NCBI GenBank assembly: GCA_023150835.1
Contig: JAKLKB010000005.1
Location: 1 to 64,000 of the forward strand
Direction: 5' to 3'
DNA: 64,000 nucleotides
DNA from: Myxococcota bacterium
GTDB taxonomy: Bacteria; Myxococcota_C; UBA6777
The notes beneath the pieces were generated by a model. It saw nothing but the letters and a program-made list of their open reading frames with translations. It made no database searches and was not told the origin of the DNA. Below, piece by piece: positions 30,001 to 38,395 of the stretch. The position numbers and the translations under genes are program-made. Each line of letters starts with the position of its first letter. Position 1 is the first letter of the stretch.

Positions 30001-31812
30001 TTGCCCACGATACGGAAAGGCCAAGATCCGATACCGCAAACGCTCTTGGATATCCGCTCCTTCTCGGCGTACCGCTTCTTCGGGCAAGATCTGCTGTGAC
30101 GACAGCATCCGCAACGCATAAAACGCAGGCGACACGATCTCGATACGGCCTTCTTGGAGGGATGCACCCTCGATCTGGGTTTGCGGCAAAGCCATCTTTT
30201 CTTCGCCGACTTCGGGAAGCTGGAGGTTTCGCACCCACACCAGACGCACCTGCAAGCTTTGGCCTTCTTCCAAGGGCCTCGCTAACTCAGCCAACCAGCG
30301 GCGGCCTGAACGTGAAAAGCGCATCTCTTTGTTTTGACCATCGCGAAAATCATAAAGCTGCCAACCTTCGGGAGAAACGCCGCTCAACTGGTACAGCGTC
30401 CCGCGCTTCATCGCGATCTTGGCGTCGGTTTCAAAACGGCCTTGGCGGACTTTCATCGACATCGTCATCGCGTGGTGAACGTCAAAGCGCGGTGTCAGCT
30501 TTTCGATCGTCAACGCCAACCTTGCGTCTGTTCGCCAATACACAAAGTACAAAGACGTTCCGCGCATATCCGCCGTCTTCGCGGCGTTTGGAACGGCCTC
30601 TCGACGCAAGGCCCCGCTTTCTTCGCTGCGGTATCGCAGTTGGCGATCCATCTGCACCCACAACGTACCTTCTTGGGCGTACGCATCGGCCACTTCGATC
30701 GGCTGCCATCGCCAGATCGAGGCTCCATCTTGCCGCAGCAATCGAACATGCAGCAGCGCCCCCTCGCTTCCTTGCGGAGTTCGCAAACGCACCAACACCT
30801 CGCGTTGATCTTTGCCGCGCAAAGAGAAATCCACCAACGCAGCCGAGCGGATATCGACCAACCGAAAGCCCGCAGGGACGCGGAAGATCGCTTGCTGACG
30901 TTGCCCCAGACGCCAGCGCAATTGGATATCTGCATACAGCCATTGCACGTTCGAGCGCACCACCAAACGATGCGTAAGATGCGCGTCCATCAAGCTCTTG
31001 CGTTGCGTCACTCCTTCGCGTGGACGAAAGACCAAGCTCACGCTCTCTTGCGAGCGCAGCGCTCCCTCTAACACCGTCGCATCGGTGGCGCTTTGCAGGC
31101 GTACCCCCAACGGAAGACCGCTGACTTCTTGTTCGGGTGGCAGACGCAGGCGAAGTTGTGACACGGGACTTGGGGGGAGTTGGAAGGCCAACACAGATCC
31201 ACGAGGCGTATGACGGATCGCACTTCCTGCATCGATCCACAAACGCCCTTGCGACGGCCCCCACACGTCCAACACAAAGCCAGCGCTTGTTGCGCGCACG
31301 CTGCCCAGAATGCCCGAGAGTTCGACATTTGATACGGCAAATCCGCTCATCGGCAAAAAGATCCGCTGCCATCCTTGGCGTGCGACACGCAGTTTCATCT
31401 CGATCCGCAGACGAGCTTGTTGGCCTTGCCAGACGGCCCCTTCGCAATGAACGCGCTTCAACAACCATCGCATCGGAGCCTGCTTGGTTTCAGCGGATTG
31501 TTGCGCAACCCACGCTTGCCAACGCGCATACAACTGGCCGTATGGAACGACCACACCATCGGCTTGATCTTGCAACAAGCTTTGCCAAGCCTCGACAGGC
31601 GTCCAGATCAAACGCAACGAGGGAAAAGACTCCGAGGGTTTCGGCCTTGTAAGACGTGGGCCATGACTCCCGTCCCATCGAGAAAAAGATGCACCCGTTC
31701 CATCTAAAAACGGACTCGGTTTGCCCGCAAATGCCGCCTGTTGTGCGCCCCACTTCCACACGCACACACACACGACGCACATCCACCAACGAAGGAGGTT
31801 TTGGTTCTCCAT
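24097..31812 (-). CDS. Giant (~2570 aa) uncharacterised envelope protein with two homologous extracytoplasmic modules and several TM segments
   Basis: Uninterrupted ORF; AAGGAGG RBS (31823-31829) overlapping the upstream gene end; signal peptide; internal duplication; C-terminal TM plus basic tail. Confidence 0.88.
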   Translation of the reverse strand: MENQNLLRWWMCVVCVCVWKWGAQQAAFAGKPSPFLDGTGASFSRWDGSHGPRLTRPKPSESFPSLRLIWTPVEAWQSLLQDQADGVVVPYGQLYARWQAWVAQQSAETKQAPMRWLLKRVHCEGAVWQGQQARLRIEMKLRVARQGWQRIFLPMSGFAVSNVELSGILGSVRATSAGFVLDVWGPSQGRLWIDAGSAIRHTPRGSVLAFQLPPSPVSQLRLRLPPEQEVSGLPLGVRLQSATDATVLEGALRSQESVSLVFRPREGVTQRKSLMDAHLTHRLVVRSNVQWLYADIQLRWRLGQRQQAIFRVPAGFRLVDIRSAALVDFSLRGKDQREVLVRLRTPQGSEGALLHVRLLRQDGASIWRWQPIEVADAYAQEGTLWVQMDRQLRYRSEESGALRREAVPNAAKTADMRGTSLYFVYWRTDARLALTIEKLTPRFDVHHAMTMSMKVRQGRFETDAKIAMKRGTLYQLSGVSPEGWQLYDFRDGQNKEMRFSRSGRRWLAELARPLEEGQSLQVRLVWVRNLQLPEVGEEKMALPQTQIEGASLQEGRIEIVSPAFYALRMLSSQQILPEEAVRREGADIQERLRYRILAFPYRGQLQIARKKPEIRLWAVGRYHVNDAMLTGDLDAFVRIQRAGIRRLRLVAKRANGFSWLVLSPQVEIAQQKTAENADGSMQWEIELSREVYGQIPITLRFQRRLNPQDRQLALPTLSSPDAGSLRMWAAVAGGERVSLKLLPRQWTLIEPDLLPPPVHPKAAITPLVVYRSSGAQPVLDVEVRRYDPHQTLQVLVRSMQIDGEVLASGVMRVSVTWHLRSQSLAFFEAQLPEGAEMWSVSLNGKGVKPLREKQRIQVPLFGGLHREDHQIRVFYTVRFAERLKPREVLRAKAPQVTYPIQQTQWNLFVEGSMHPIFAGTTIQMSSSAQPDVLMLRALNRLQADSDLQALAFFFVFLVVLWWLRAWVWWILRWFLLRWRLSIGLVILLMVGMVFLLPSSMRYTKQAPPEMSMSRSNRFSRYIHRDEQKSSSTLDVDSAPQREGRMGGRGRRSGASSGVGARGGERSQRYDAAPSSPAATAAPAPAGPNVYYRQLARKSRRYYAPKKPMPMPMEESRSTRSARSADEDDAKVPQQQPAPQLEMPKPSVVNAPAEPPAPPPPPARIVREASPEPSAVETSPEPSAVEKSTQEAPKDAEPSPRPEDKEEDSKKRSEIATKNEERGEGKEQQAQKLGILGLLGGKDGKDDSKPSSMTGIGNLGTYGKKAESDSDDANAPSGDVGGLKRKPKLGGQKKGKKTEYKVASELEKRSKEIERSMQMAFKGADARMMRGIRSLPVGAEPHGWRLSGTSLGAVPEIAVVLWQGEVVRVMMGLIVLLGLLLWLACGVWWVQRRWLFFGGSLFFVGLASMLFEDMARMASNGLLAGIGLAWVVSVLLGRKQARIAVVSVVLWFGAMAAGREASAQDLPPCPPESQAQIQRTLPKHLPVFLPEIAKKGEANLLTPQTPVFLRRALWEGLQRRQLPCRPAAAVGWWGQAHYTLRVQEARSTEGEMVVDLHLLNPTWQRIPLGLKGARLQAAKMQRAQGALRGKEQGWGVEENVTLDVGTDGYTAFLQGPGRVRLRLSFSLPEQKAYHRHLFLQLSPMSGASLRLHLPKGSWQMSFSEQAGGWSQTQTASETVVDAILGATRDLSVRWAQREVQAEEPEAPQIQAYHHVTIREALIRIQTRLQIQRQFRKHDRVSFWLPAEVQLESIQGTQIRAWNLLRTPDKRQQLTVIFEEPVQRADLRIQIVRLHEKVDQRLQLPLLEPVSAAQHVGFVGLSAASSIQWTILQSEHAEKRTPEAYDGASQQWGGTVQLAYAYQRQPALHLALRWRDPMMHIDLQAVLSSLPTTSRFWAKVEIKQLKQPRFTLRLQVPDALRFRRIETSMGAAIRQVWKGPLHGQIREWVIEFAQPLHRGQVFHIDALMPSSALRSEAPSLRFHGTQKLTGGLWVLSLPTLELQSDEVQGLVAGTLDEEELPSDAPDMREQEKRLFFKIVGEYRVRLSSRVIPSEQRATTHYNVLVQPDQVSAHVGVRFVAMGPGSKVFAFSVPTVWADQIEIDRPSGARLEQTTKEGRTSFALSWVQLKKDLHLRFLMRLPIPRNGTVTLPFVRAEGVEQQETFFALRKVSEVRVSLDAKERKGLDEISSSALPNDFLQESTPSQGTGGVFAAFRAREEMWSMALQRILLKTDVAMQPIVEAAHLRTAIAEQGQAWTEARYRLRTPGLQMLPLRLPEGAQLWQIRVQERPVLPARSPKDPPQRFLIPLPPRQFADLAYEIRVLYAHQFALTGTAPALEMPAPHLEGIEVVESFWDVALPSGWQILRSDGNMEETVTLRASYNRLEQGLSFLQKLQKLSDTGPEAQRRRAQSNLAQQLSTLQQSAQQTQALNSQLSWQLQSGKLNRQQARQTKDIQERLGRITQTIQQMRPRYTQQAPASPRNWQRFLPQQILQQNLAPTPQEAAQRTTPQKAFEMPSVGQFSSYTTPGAKPRLQLQLLHTPPLKKALAWGIWALLLLFVLFVARRFRPRSSST

Positions 31813-31817
31813 CACGA

Positions 31818-34800
31818 TCAATCCTCCTTTTTACCCGTTTTTTTCGCCGCTGGGGTCTTGGCTTTGGCGGTGGACTTTGGCGCAGCGGAGTCCACCTCAG
31901 CAGAGGTGTTTTGTTGAGGCTTGTTCGTTTGGGAGGTTGCGCTGCCTGACGAAGTTTCTGGAGCCGCACTGGCTTCGGGCACATTGGCAACTGTCTTCGC
32001 GGTCGTGCCAGCAACCGTCTTCTCGGTCGTTTGGGTAGAAACAGGCGGAGCAGATGAAGAGGTCTTGCTCGATGTTGCCGATCCCGCTTTGTAATTGTCC
32101 AAGACCGCAAGATCATCGCCCTCATCGGACGGGATAGTTGGAAGCGGTGAAGCCGACGGACTCGGCGCGGTTTTGGGAGCAGATGAAGCCGACGGACTTG
32201 GCGCGGTTTGTGGGTTCGCTTCGGCCAGCTTCGCCCAACGATCATCTCCGCCGAGGTTTGCGGCTCCCACCAACATCTGCCAGCGTTCGCCCGCGTTGCG
32301 GAACAAAGCGATCCCCATCCATCCCACCGACAACATCGCCACCGACACCGAGGCAGAATACAGCAAATGCACCCACGCCACAGGCAACAGGCTCGAACCA
32401 AACAACAGCAACAAAAAGGCGAACGTCGCAAGCCGTAGCCGCTGAATCCCCTGTTGTAACGGGCTTCCTAGCACCAACAGCACCACAAACATCACCAAAA
32501 ACGCCGCCAGTTCCAAAGCCCATTGCAACCAAGGACTGCGAAAGGCCACGTTGACACGGACGTTTCCAGAGCGCGATACAAACGCTTTGTATTTTGCACG
32601 ACGCGGAAACTGCGTAGACATCTCTCCCGCAGCCCCCACAAGCCCGGCATATTCGCCCGATAACGTCCCCCAAAATCCACCATCCCACGCCGAAACCCAC
32701 AACGCCTCACGCAAGATCTGCCACATCCCCCGCACATTCAAGCGATGCCACATCGACGTATCGTAGGCCACATACGACGGATTCTTGGGCAGATGCAGAC
32801 GCAACGTACTTCGCAACACAGGCGTATCCACCAAGATCGGGCCTTGGTAAGCCAAACTTCCCGACCACTGATCCAATCGCGTCTTGTTGGGCAAGGCATG
32901 GCGATAACGCACGATCAACGGAAAGACTTGGCCATCGTTTCGCTGCACCAGATCCACCAACAACTCACCTTTTGCATCCAACTCGAAACGATATCGATCA
33001 CGCTCTGCCACCCGCAAGGAAAGCACCTGTGCTTCTTGTGGCAACTTGACCTTCAAAAACTGACGGCCCCGATTGCGGATCTGCGCCATCGCCAAGACTT
33101 GGACCTCGCCTTCCATATTGACCACCGCTTCGATGTGCATCACGGGAACCACCGCACTCAACACTTGTGCATAACGATGGCGACGCAAGTAGATCTTCAA
33201 AGCAGGCGGTTCTTTTTCACGCGAACGCAACACCCGAGACACTTTGGTTCCTGACGCAAACGACGGGATATCCGAGACATCCACACGTGTGATCCCTCGC
33301 GTCTCTTCGTCTTGCAATGACAAGCTCTCTTCTTTCTTTAATCCCCAATACACCTCTTGGCGCAAAGCCCCCGGGATCACAAATGCAGGCAATACCACAT
33401 CGCGCAAAGCTCCTACATCCATCGCCTTTTTGAAGGGGTAGGCGTAGGTAAACGACACCAAAAAATGCGCATCACGCGGGATGCGGCGATCCATCAACAA
33501 GGTATACGTCGTCTTGCCTTGCTTCTCTTCTTTTCGGGTTTCACGGACGATCGTCGTGATCTGGATGCGCTTTGCCACTTCCGAAGACACCGTAAATTGA
33601 AGCTGCTTGGTCCCTGCAAAACGCACTTGATATCGCAACGTCCCCTCGATCCGATAGCCATCTTCGCGCAGTTGCACAGGCAACCAAGCCTGCGCTTCGA
33701 TCGCCGTAGCTTTCCGACGCAGCTTGACTTTCCCCTCGGCAGGACGGCCCACATAGCGAAACGCTTGACGCAACGGATAACGCCCACCTCGTCCCAACGC
33801 CGCCACTTCGTCGATATCTTCGACCGACATCAGCCCCTTCAAACCTTCGGTCTCAAGGTCCAGATGGCGTGGCAACAACAAGCCCACCTCGCCACGTTCG
33901 CTCTCCAATCCCAACGGCTCAATCAACGGAATCGCCAACGTATCCGCCAAAGTATGCTTTCGCTGCATCCGCACCTGACAACGATGCACCAAACCACTCT
34001 GATAACGCACACGACCAAACAGCCGCTGCAAGGCTTGGAGCGAACGCGGACTCGTCAACCGCTCACGCAACAAACTCTCCGAAGACCCGATCTGTTGCAA
34101 AAGGTCCCATCCCATCTGGTGTTTCAACGTCGCCCAAAGCTGCTGCGCTGAGACTTGGCGGATCTGCACAGGCCCCCCGATCTTGTCCTTTAACGTCACC
34201 ACCAAAGTGTCCTTCCCTTCGAGGTAATGATCTTCCATCGAAGGACACGTCACCTGCAACAACTTCCAGTCCGCAGGGATCCGAAAACGCAGGCGATCCA
34301 CTCCCGCACGCTCGATCTGAAACGCCACATTTGTCCACAACATCGCTTGCTCTTCATCCAATTGAAGCTGATGTGCGACACGGCCCCGCAAGCGCGGCTG
34401 GATCTTTTCGAGCGTCACCGTCAAACTGTAATCCGTCGAAAGATACGAAAAAGCCTGCTGAGGAGCGCTGGTCTTGTTGATGCGGGCGTATTCTTCGGGA
34501 TCGATCTGGTTGACGCCTTGTTGTGCGGGGATCTTGATCTGCAACGCACCATCCACGCGCAACGCGATCCCTCCGTGTTGCCAAGCCGCTCCCTCGACAC
34601 GTACCTTCGGGATCTCCACTCGTTCGGGCGTCTTCGGCCAGATCTGCTCAAACTCCAAACGCAGCGACTGGCTGCCTTTCAGCGTCTTTCGCCACAGCAA
34701 CACAAGGATCTGTGCATCGTTGTGTTTGCGCGTGCGCCATCGCAAAAGCTGTCCACCCGCATCCACCGAGATCAAACGATTTCCCGCAGGCAAATGGATC

Positions 34801-35681
34801 TCCGTCGTATCCTGCCCCCCGCGCAAGATCCGCAAGCCGATATCTGCCCGCATCCGCAACGCCCCTTCGCTCAACACGCAATCCAGTTGGGTTTGCGCCG
34901 ACAAGATCGTCCGACTCCCCGTCTGGACCTGTTGGCGCGGAAACCACCGCAACAACAAGGCACTCTGCGGACCCAACTGCAACGTCGCGGTCGCTTCGTC
35001 GCCCTTACTCACCAACGGCGCAGATTCCCCATTGACCGACATCTGAAGCCCTTTGCCTTGAACGCTGATCTGCAACTGTGTCTGTGGCGTCGGAGGGATC
35101 GAGATCTGCGCCTCACGCCAACCCCCTTGGCGCTTTGCTTGGCCTTGAAACACCAAGTGCAGCTTGTGGACGCCTGCTCCCTGCACCAACAAGTGCGGTG
35201 TTCCCCCTTGTCTTGCCGAAGAAAACAACAAAGCCGGCTTTCCGTCCAGATGTGCCGTCCACAGCGGCAACCCTTGGAAGGGCAATGACACGCGCACCCA
35301 CCCTTTGTCTCGCAAAACACGCAACGCGAGATCGGCCTCCAACAACACCTGCTCGCCCTGCACGCGCACCCGATACGTCGCGTGTGTCAACACCGCTGAC
35401 ACAGGCACCTGTTGAGAACGCTGTTTCTGCCAACGTTTCAGGATATCCATCAACACGCTGTACTGCTCGCGTGAAAGAAACACCCCCTCTTCCTTCATCA
35501 CTTGTCCGAGCCGATGATAGGGCACATACACGCGCACTTCTCGCAAGGTCTCAATCTTCTCGCTGTTCGTCGGACGCGAAGACGGCCCACTCTCCGCCTT
35601 CACCACACCCATCGCACCCCACCATGACCCCAACAAGGCCAAAGCACACCATAGACCGCACCACCGTCGTCTCTCAAGCAT
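31818..35681 (-). CDS. Large (1287 aa) uncharacterised envelope protein, paralogous to the modules of the downstream giant protein
   Basis: Signal peptide (..VVKA|ES), shared motifs, three C-terminal TM helices, Ser/Thr/Pro/Lys tail. Confidence 0.88.
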   Translation of the reverse strand: MLERRRWCGLWCALALLGSWWGAMGVVKAESGPSSRPTNSEKIETLREVRVYVPYHRLGQVMKEEGVFLSREQYSVLMDILKRWQKQRSQQVPVSAVLTHATYRVRVQGEQVLLEADLALRVLRDKGWVRVSLPFQGLPLWTAHLDGKPALLFSSARQGGTPHLLVQGAGVHKLHLVFQGQAKRQGGWREAQISIPPTPQTQLQISVQGKGLQMSVNGESAPLVSKGDEATATLQLGPQSALLLRWFPRQQVQTGSRTILSAQTQLDCVLSEGALRMRADIGLRILRGGQDTTEIHLPAGNRLISVDAGGQLLRWRTRKHNDAQILVLLWRKTLKGSQSLRLEFEQIWPKTPERVEIPKVRVEGAAWQHGGIALRVDGALQIKIPAQQGVNQIDPEEYARINKTSAPQQAFSYLSTDYSLTVTLEKIQPRLRGRVAHQLQLDEEQAMLWTNVAFQIERAGVDRLRFRIPADWKLLQVTCPSMEDHYLEGKDTLVVTLKDKIGGPVQIRQVSAQQLWATLKHQMGWDLLQQIGSSESLLRERLTSPRSLQALQRLFGRVRYQSGLVHRCQVRMQRKHTLADTLAIPLIEPLGLESERGEVGLLLPRHLDLETEGLKGLMSVEDIDEVAALGRGGRYPLRQAFRYVGRPAEGKVKLRRKATAIEAQAWLPVQLREDGYRIEGTLRYQVRFAGTKQLQFTVSSEVAKRIQITTIVRETRKEEKQGKTTYTLLMDRRIPRDAHFLVSFTYAYPFKKAMDVGALRDVVLPAFVIPGALRQEVYWGLKKEESLSLQDEETRGITRVDVSDIPSFASGTKVSRVLRSREKEPPALKIYLRRHRYAQVLSAVVPVMHIEAVVNMEGEVQVLAMAQIRNRGRQFLKVKLPQEAQVLSLRVAERDRYRFELDAKGELLVDLVQRNDGQVFPLIVRYRHALPNKTRLDQWSGSLAYQGPILVDTPVLRSTLRLHLPKNPSYVAYDTSMWHRLNVRGMWQILREALWVSAWDGGFWGTLSGEYAGLVGAAGEMSTQFPRRAKYKAFVSRSGNVRVNVAFRSPWLQWALELAAFLVMFVVLLVLGSPLQQGIQRLRLATFAFLLLLFGSSLLPVAWVHLLYSASVSVAMLSVGWMGIALFRNAGERWQMLVGAANLGGDDRWAKLAEANPQTAPSPSASSAPKTAPSPSASPLPTIPSDEGDDLAVLDNYKAGSATSSKTSSSAPPVSTQTTEKTVAGTTAKTVANVPEASAAPETSSGSATSQTNKPQQNTSAEVDSAAPKSTAKAKTPAAKKTGKKED

Positions 35682-35805
35682 CCTCTTCCCTCGCTTCTTT
35701 GCTAGGTTGTTTTGCCAAACACAGATCGGTATAACACAGATCCCCCCCCAAACGCATCCCCCCCAAAAACGATCTAACTCCGCCCTTCCCCGTTGTCCTT
35801 GTGGC

Positions 35806-36840
35806 TTAATTTCGCCCCATCATCTCGTCGTCTTCGGCGTAAAAATCCAGATACCACGCGACAAACCGCCGCACGCCCTCTTGGATCGATGTCGCAGGTT
35901 GAAACTGCGTGACTGCCGCAAGTTCCGAGGCGTTCGCGTACGTCGCAGGAACATCGCCGGGCTGGATCGGCAACAGCTCCTTTTGGGCTTTCTTGCCGAG
36001 CGTCTCTTCGAGCGCTTCGATCATCTCCAACAAACGAACAGGTTGGTTGTTGCCGATATTAAACAGGCGATACGGTGCGGAACTTGTGGCAGGATCGGGA
36101 TGCTGCGTAGAAAAAGCAGAGTTGGGCTGCGCAGGGTGATCGAGCAAACGAACGATGCCTTCGACGATATCATCCACATAGGTAAAATCGCGCTGCATAT
36201 CGCCGTGATTGAAGACTTGGATCGGTTTTCCCGACAGGATGGCGCGTGTAAACAAAAACAACGCCATATCGGGCCTTCCCCAAGGGCCGTACACCGTAAA
36301 AAATCGCAAACCTGACGTCGGGATCTGGTAGAGATGACTGTACGCATGGGCCATCAGCTCGTTGGCCCGCTTTGTGGCTGCGTAAAGGCTCACAGGATGG
36401 GACACATCGTGATGCTCCGAAAATGGCATCGCTGTATTCATCCCATACACCGAGCTTGACGAAGCGTACAACAAGTGCTTGACGGGATGATGACGGCATC
36501 CTTCGAGGATATGCAAAAACCCCATCATGTTGCTGTCGATGTAAGTGTAGGGATCGCGCAACGAATGGCGCACTCCTGCTTGTGCCGCAAGATGGATCAC
36601 ATACGTGGGCTGCTGTTGCGCAAAGATCCGCTCCATCACCTCCCGCTCGCACAGATCGTTGCGAAAAAAGGTAAAGCCCTCAAACCCCCGCAAATGCCCA
36701 AGCCGCGCTTCTTTTAAACGCACATCGTAATAAGCGTTCACGTTGTCGAGTCCGATCACTTCGTCACCCCGCGCAAGCAACCGCAAACTCACATGATACC
36801 CAATAAACCCCGCAACTCCCGTCACAAAGATACGCGCCAC
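35806..36840 (-). CDS. NAD-dependent nucleotide-sugar 4-epimerase (UDP-uronate epimerase type)
   Basis: VTGVAGFIG, HLAAQAGVRHS, ASSSSVYG, YAATK, FTVYGPWGRPDM; GTG start with AAGGAG RBS. Confidence 0.93.
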   Translation of the reverse strand: MARIFVTGVAGFIGYHVSLRLLARGDEVIGLDNVNAYYDVRLKEARLGHLRGFEGFTFFRNDLCEREVMERIFAQQQPTYVIHLAAQAGVRHSLRDPYTYIDSNMMGFLHILEGCRHHPVKHLLYASSSSVYGMNTAMPFSEHHDVSHPVSLYAATKRANELMAHAYSHLYQIPTSGLRFFTVYGPWGRPDMALFLFTRAILSGKPIQVFNHGDMQRDFTYVDDIVEGIVRLLDHPAQPNSAFSTQHPDPATSSAPYRLFNIGNNQPVRLLEMIEALEETLGKKAQKELLPIQPGDVPATYANASELAAVTQFQPATSIQEGVRRFVAWYLDFYAEDDEMMGRN

Positions 36841-36913
36841 ATCCCACTCCTTGACCTTGTATTGGCCTTTCATCGACTCTTCGGCGTGGAAACCCCCGTG
36901 TTGACGAGGCTTC

Positions 36914-38191
36914 TTAAAGACTCCAATAATGAAAACCTGTCGGGACTTGGTGAGGTCTCAAGATCGACTTGATATCGCCGATCACACCACCCGCATTCAG
37001 TCCTGCAAACAGTTGCGCAACGGGCATCTCTCGAAACATCCGATGCGCCACCGCCAAGATCACACCATCCAGATCCCTCATCTCTTCCCATCCCACCAAC
37101 GAAACACCGTACTCTTCAAATGCCTCGTGTGCGTTGGCGGTCGGATCGAACACCAGCGTTTTGACCCCAAATTCCTGCAATTCATGGAGGATATCTGGCA
37201 CGCGGCTGTTGCGCAGATCCGTCACATCTTCTTTAAAGGTCAAGCCCAATACTCCGATACGCTTTCCCGCAGGGGCCAGCCCCGAACGCACCATCGTCTT
37301 GATCATCCGTTGCGCAACATACGCCCCCATTCCATCATTGATCCGACGCCCCGCCAAGATCACCGCTGGATGATAACCTGTCGCTTCCGCCTTTGCCGTC
37401 AGATAATACGGATCCACACCGATACAATGCCCCCCCACCAGACCGGGACGGAACGGCAGAAAGTTCCATTTGGTCCCCGCTGCCTCCAAAACGTCTGTGG
37501 TTCGGATGCCAAGACGCTCAAAGATCAGCGCAAGCTCGTTCATTAGCGCGATATTGAGATCACGCTGCACGTTTTCGATCACCTTAGCTGCTTCCGCCAC
37601 TTTGATCGAAGAAGCCCGATGCAAGCCGGCCTTTACAAACGCCCCGTACACCGAGGCCACCCGCTCAAGCGTTTCCTGATCTTCGCCTGCCACGATCTTC
37701 ACAACCCGCTCAAGCGTATGTTGCCGATCCCCCGGGTTGATCCGCTCTGGCGAGTAACCTAGCTTAAAATCACTGCGCGAAAGGCCCGATACCCTCGCCA
37801 AGATCGGACCACAGATATCTTCCGTCACTCCGGGATACACCGTCGACTCATACACCACCACATCGCCTTTTTTGAGATAGCGCCCCACCGTTTCCGAGGC
37901 TTTCTCGACGATGCTCAAGTCCGGGTTGCGATCTGAATCGATCGGCGTCGGCACAGTCACAATAAAAAAAGTCGACTCTCGCATCTGTTCGGGATCGACC
38001 GTGAATTGGATCGCGAGATCGCGCAGACTTTCGGATTCCACTTCGCCCGTCCGATCCACTCCGCGCTGCAATTCTTCGATTCGGCTCTTTTGGATATCAA
38101 ACCCCACCGTCCGAGAAAAATGACGCGCACACGCCACCGCCACAGGAAGCCCCACATAACCCAATCCCACCACAGCAATCTTTTCAGGCAT
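36914..38191 (-). CDS. UDP-N-acetylhexosamine 6-dehydrogenase (TviB/WbpO-like)
   Basis: VVGLGYVGLP, YESTVYPG, YSPERINPG, GLVGGHCIGVDPYY, LGLTFKE. Confidence 0.93.
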   Translation of the reverse strand: MPEKIAVVGLGYVGLPVAVACARHFSRTVGFDIQKSRIEELQRGVDRTGEVESESLRDLAIQFTVDPEQMRESTFFIVTVPTPIDSDRNPDLSIVEKASETVGRYLKKGDVVVYESTVYPGVTEDICGPILARVSGLSRSDFKLGYSPERINPGDRQHTLERVVKIVAGEDQETLERVASVYGAFVKAGLHRASSIKVAEAAKVIENVQRDLNIALMNELALIFERLGIRTTDVLEAAGTKWNFLPFRPGLVGGHCIGVDPYYLTAKAEATGYHPAVILAGRRINDGMGAYVAQRMIKTMVRSGLAPAGKRIGVLGLTFKEDVTDLRNSRVPDILHELQEFGVKTLVFDPTANAHEAFEEYGVSLVGWEEMRDLDGVILAVAHRMFREMPVAQLFAGLNAGGVIGDIKSILRPHQVPTGFHYWSL

Positions 38192-38223
38192 CGTTTCTTT
38201 ACCTTTGTTTTTTCTCACGCCGC

Positions 38224-38322
38224 TCCCTTCGCACAAGTATCGCGCAAAAGGAGGTGCTGCTTGTGTCTTCATCACCTCTTTATTCCCTTCGCACAAGTAT
38301 CGCGCAAAAGGAGGTGCTGCTT
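38224..38322 (-). repeat. Two identical 39-bp direct repeats, each a potential RNA hairpin, upstream of the dehydrogenase
   Basis: tcccttcgcacaagtatcgcgcaaaaggaggtgctgctt at 38224-38262 and 38284-38322. Confidence 0.85.
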
Positions 38323-38395
38323 TGTCTGGACCCTGCGCTTCTACGACCCACCGCACGTCTTAGCACACCCCAGCACGCACCCCAACACTCTTCTA

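Noticed and set aside
24097-31812. NRPS/PKS, RTX/Rhs toxin or alpha-2-macroglobulin identity for the giant protein
   Set aside because: No adenylation, KS or ACP motifs, no GGxGxD or YD repeats, and no CGEQ thioester
24097-35681. ORF-track lengths 2574 = 2 x 1287 aa as an exact doubling
   Set aside because: The RBS position favours a start at 31812 or 31815, so the exact ratio is coincidental; only the module duplication is supported
38224-38322. Mini-CRISPR or JUMPStart/ops element
   Set aside because: Only two repeats with a 21-bp gap, no cas genes, and no GGCGGTAG ops core
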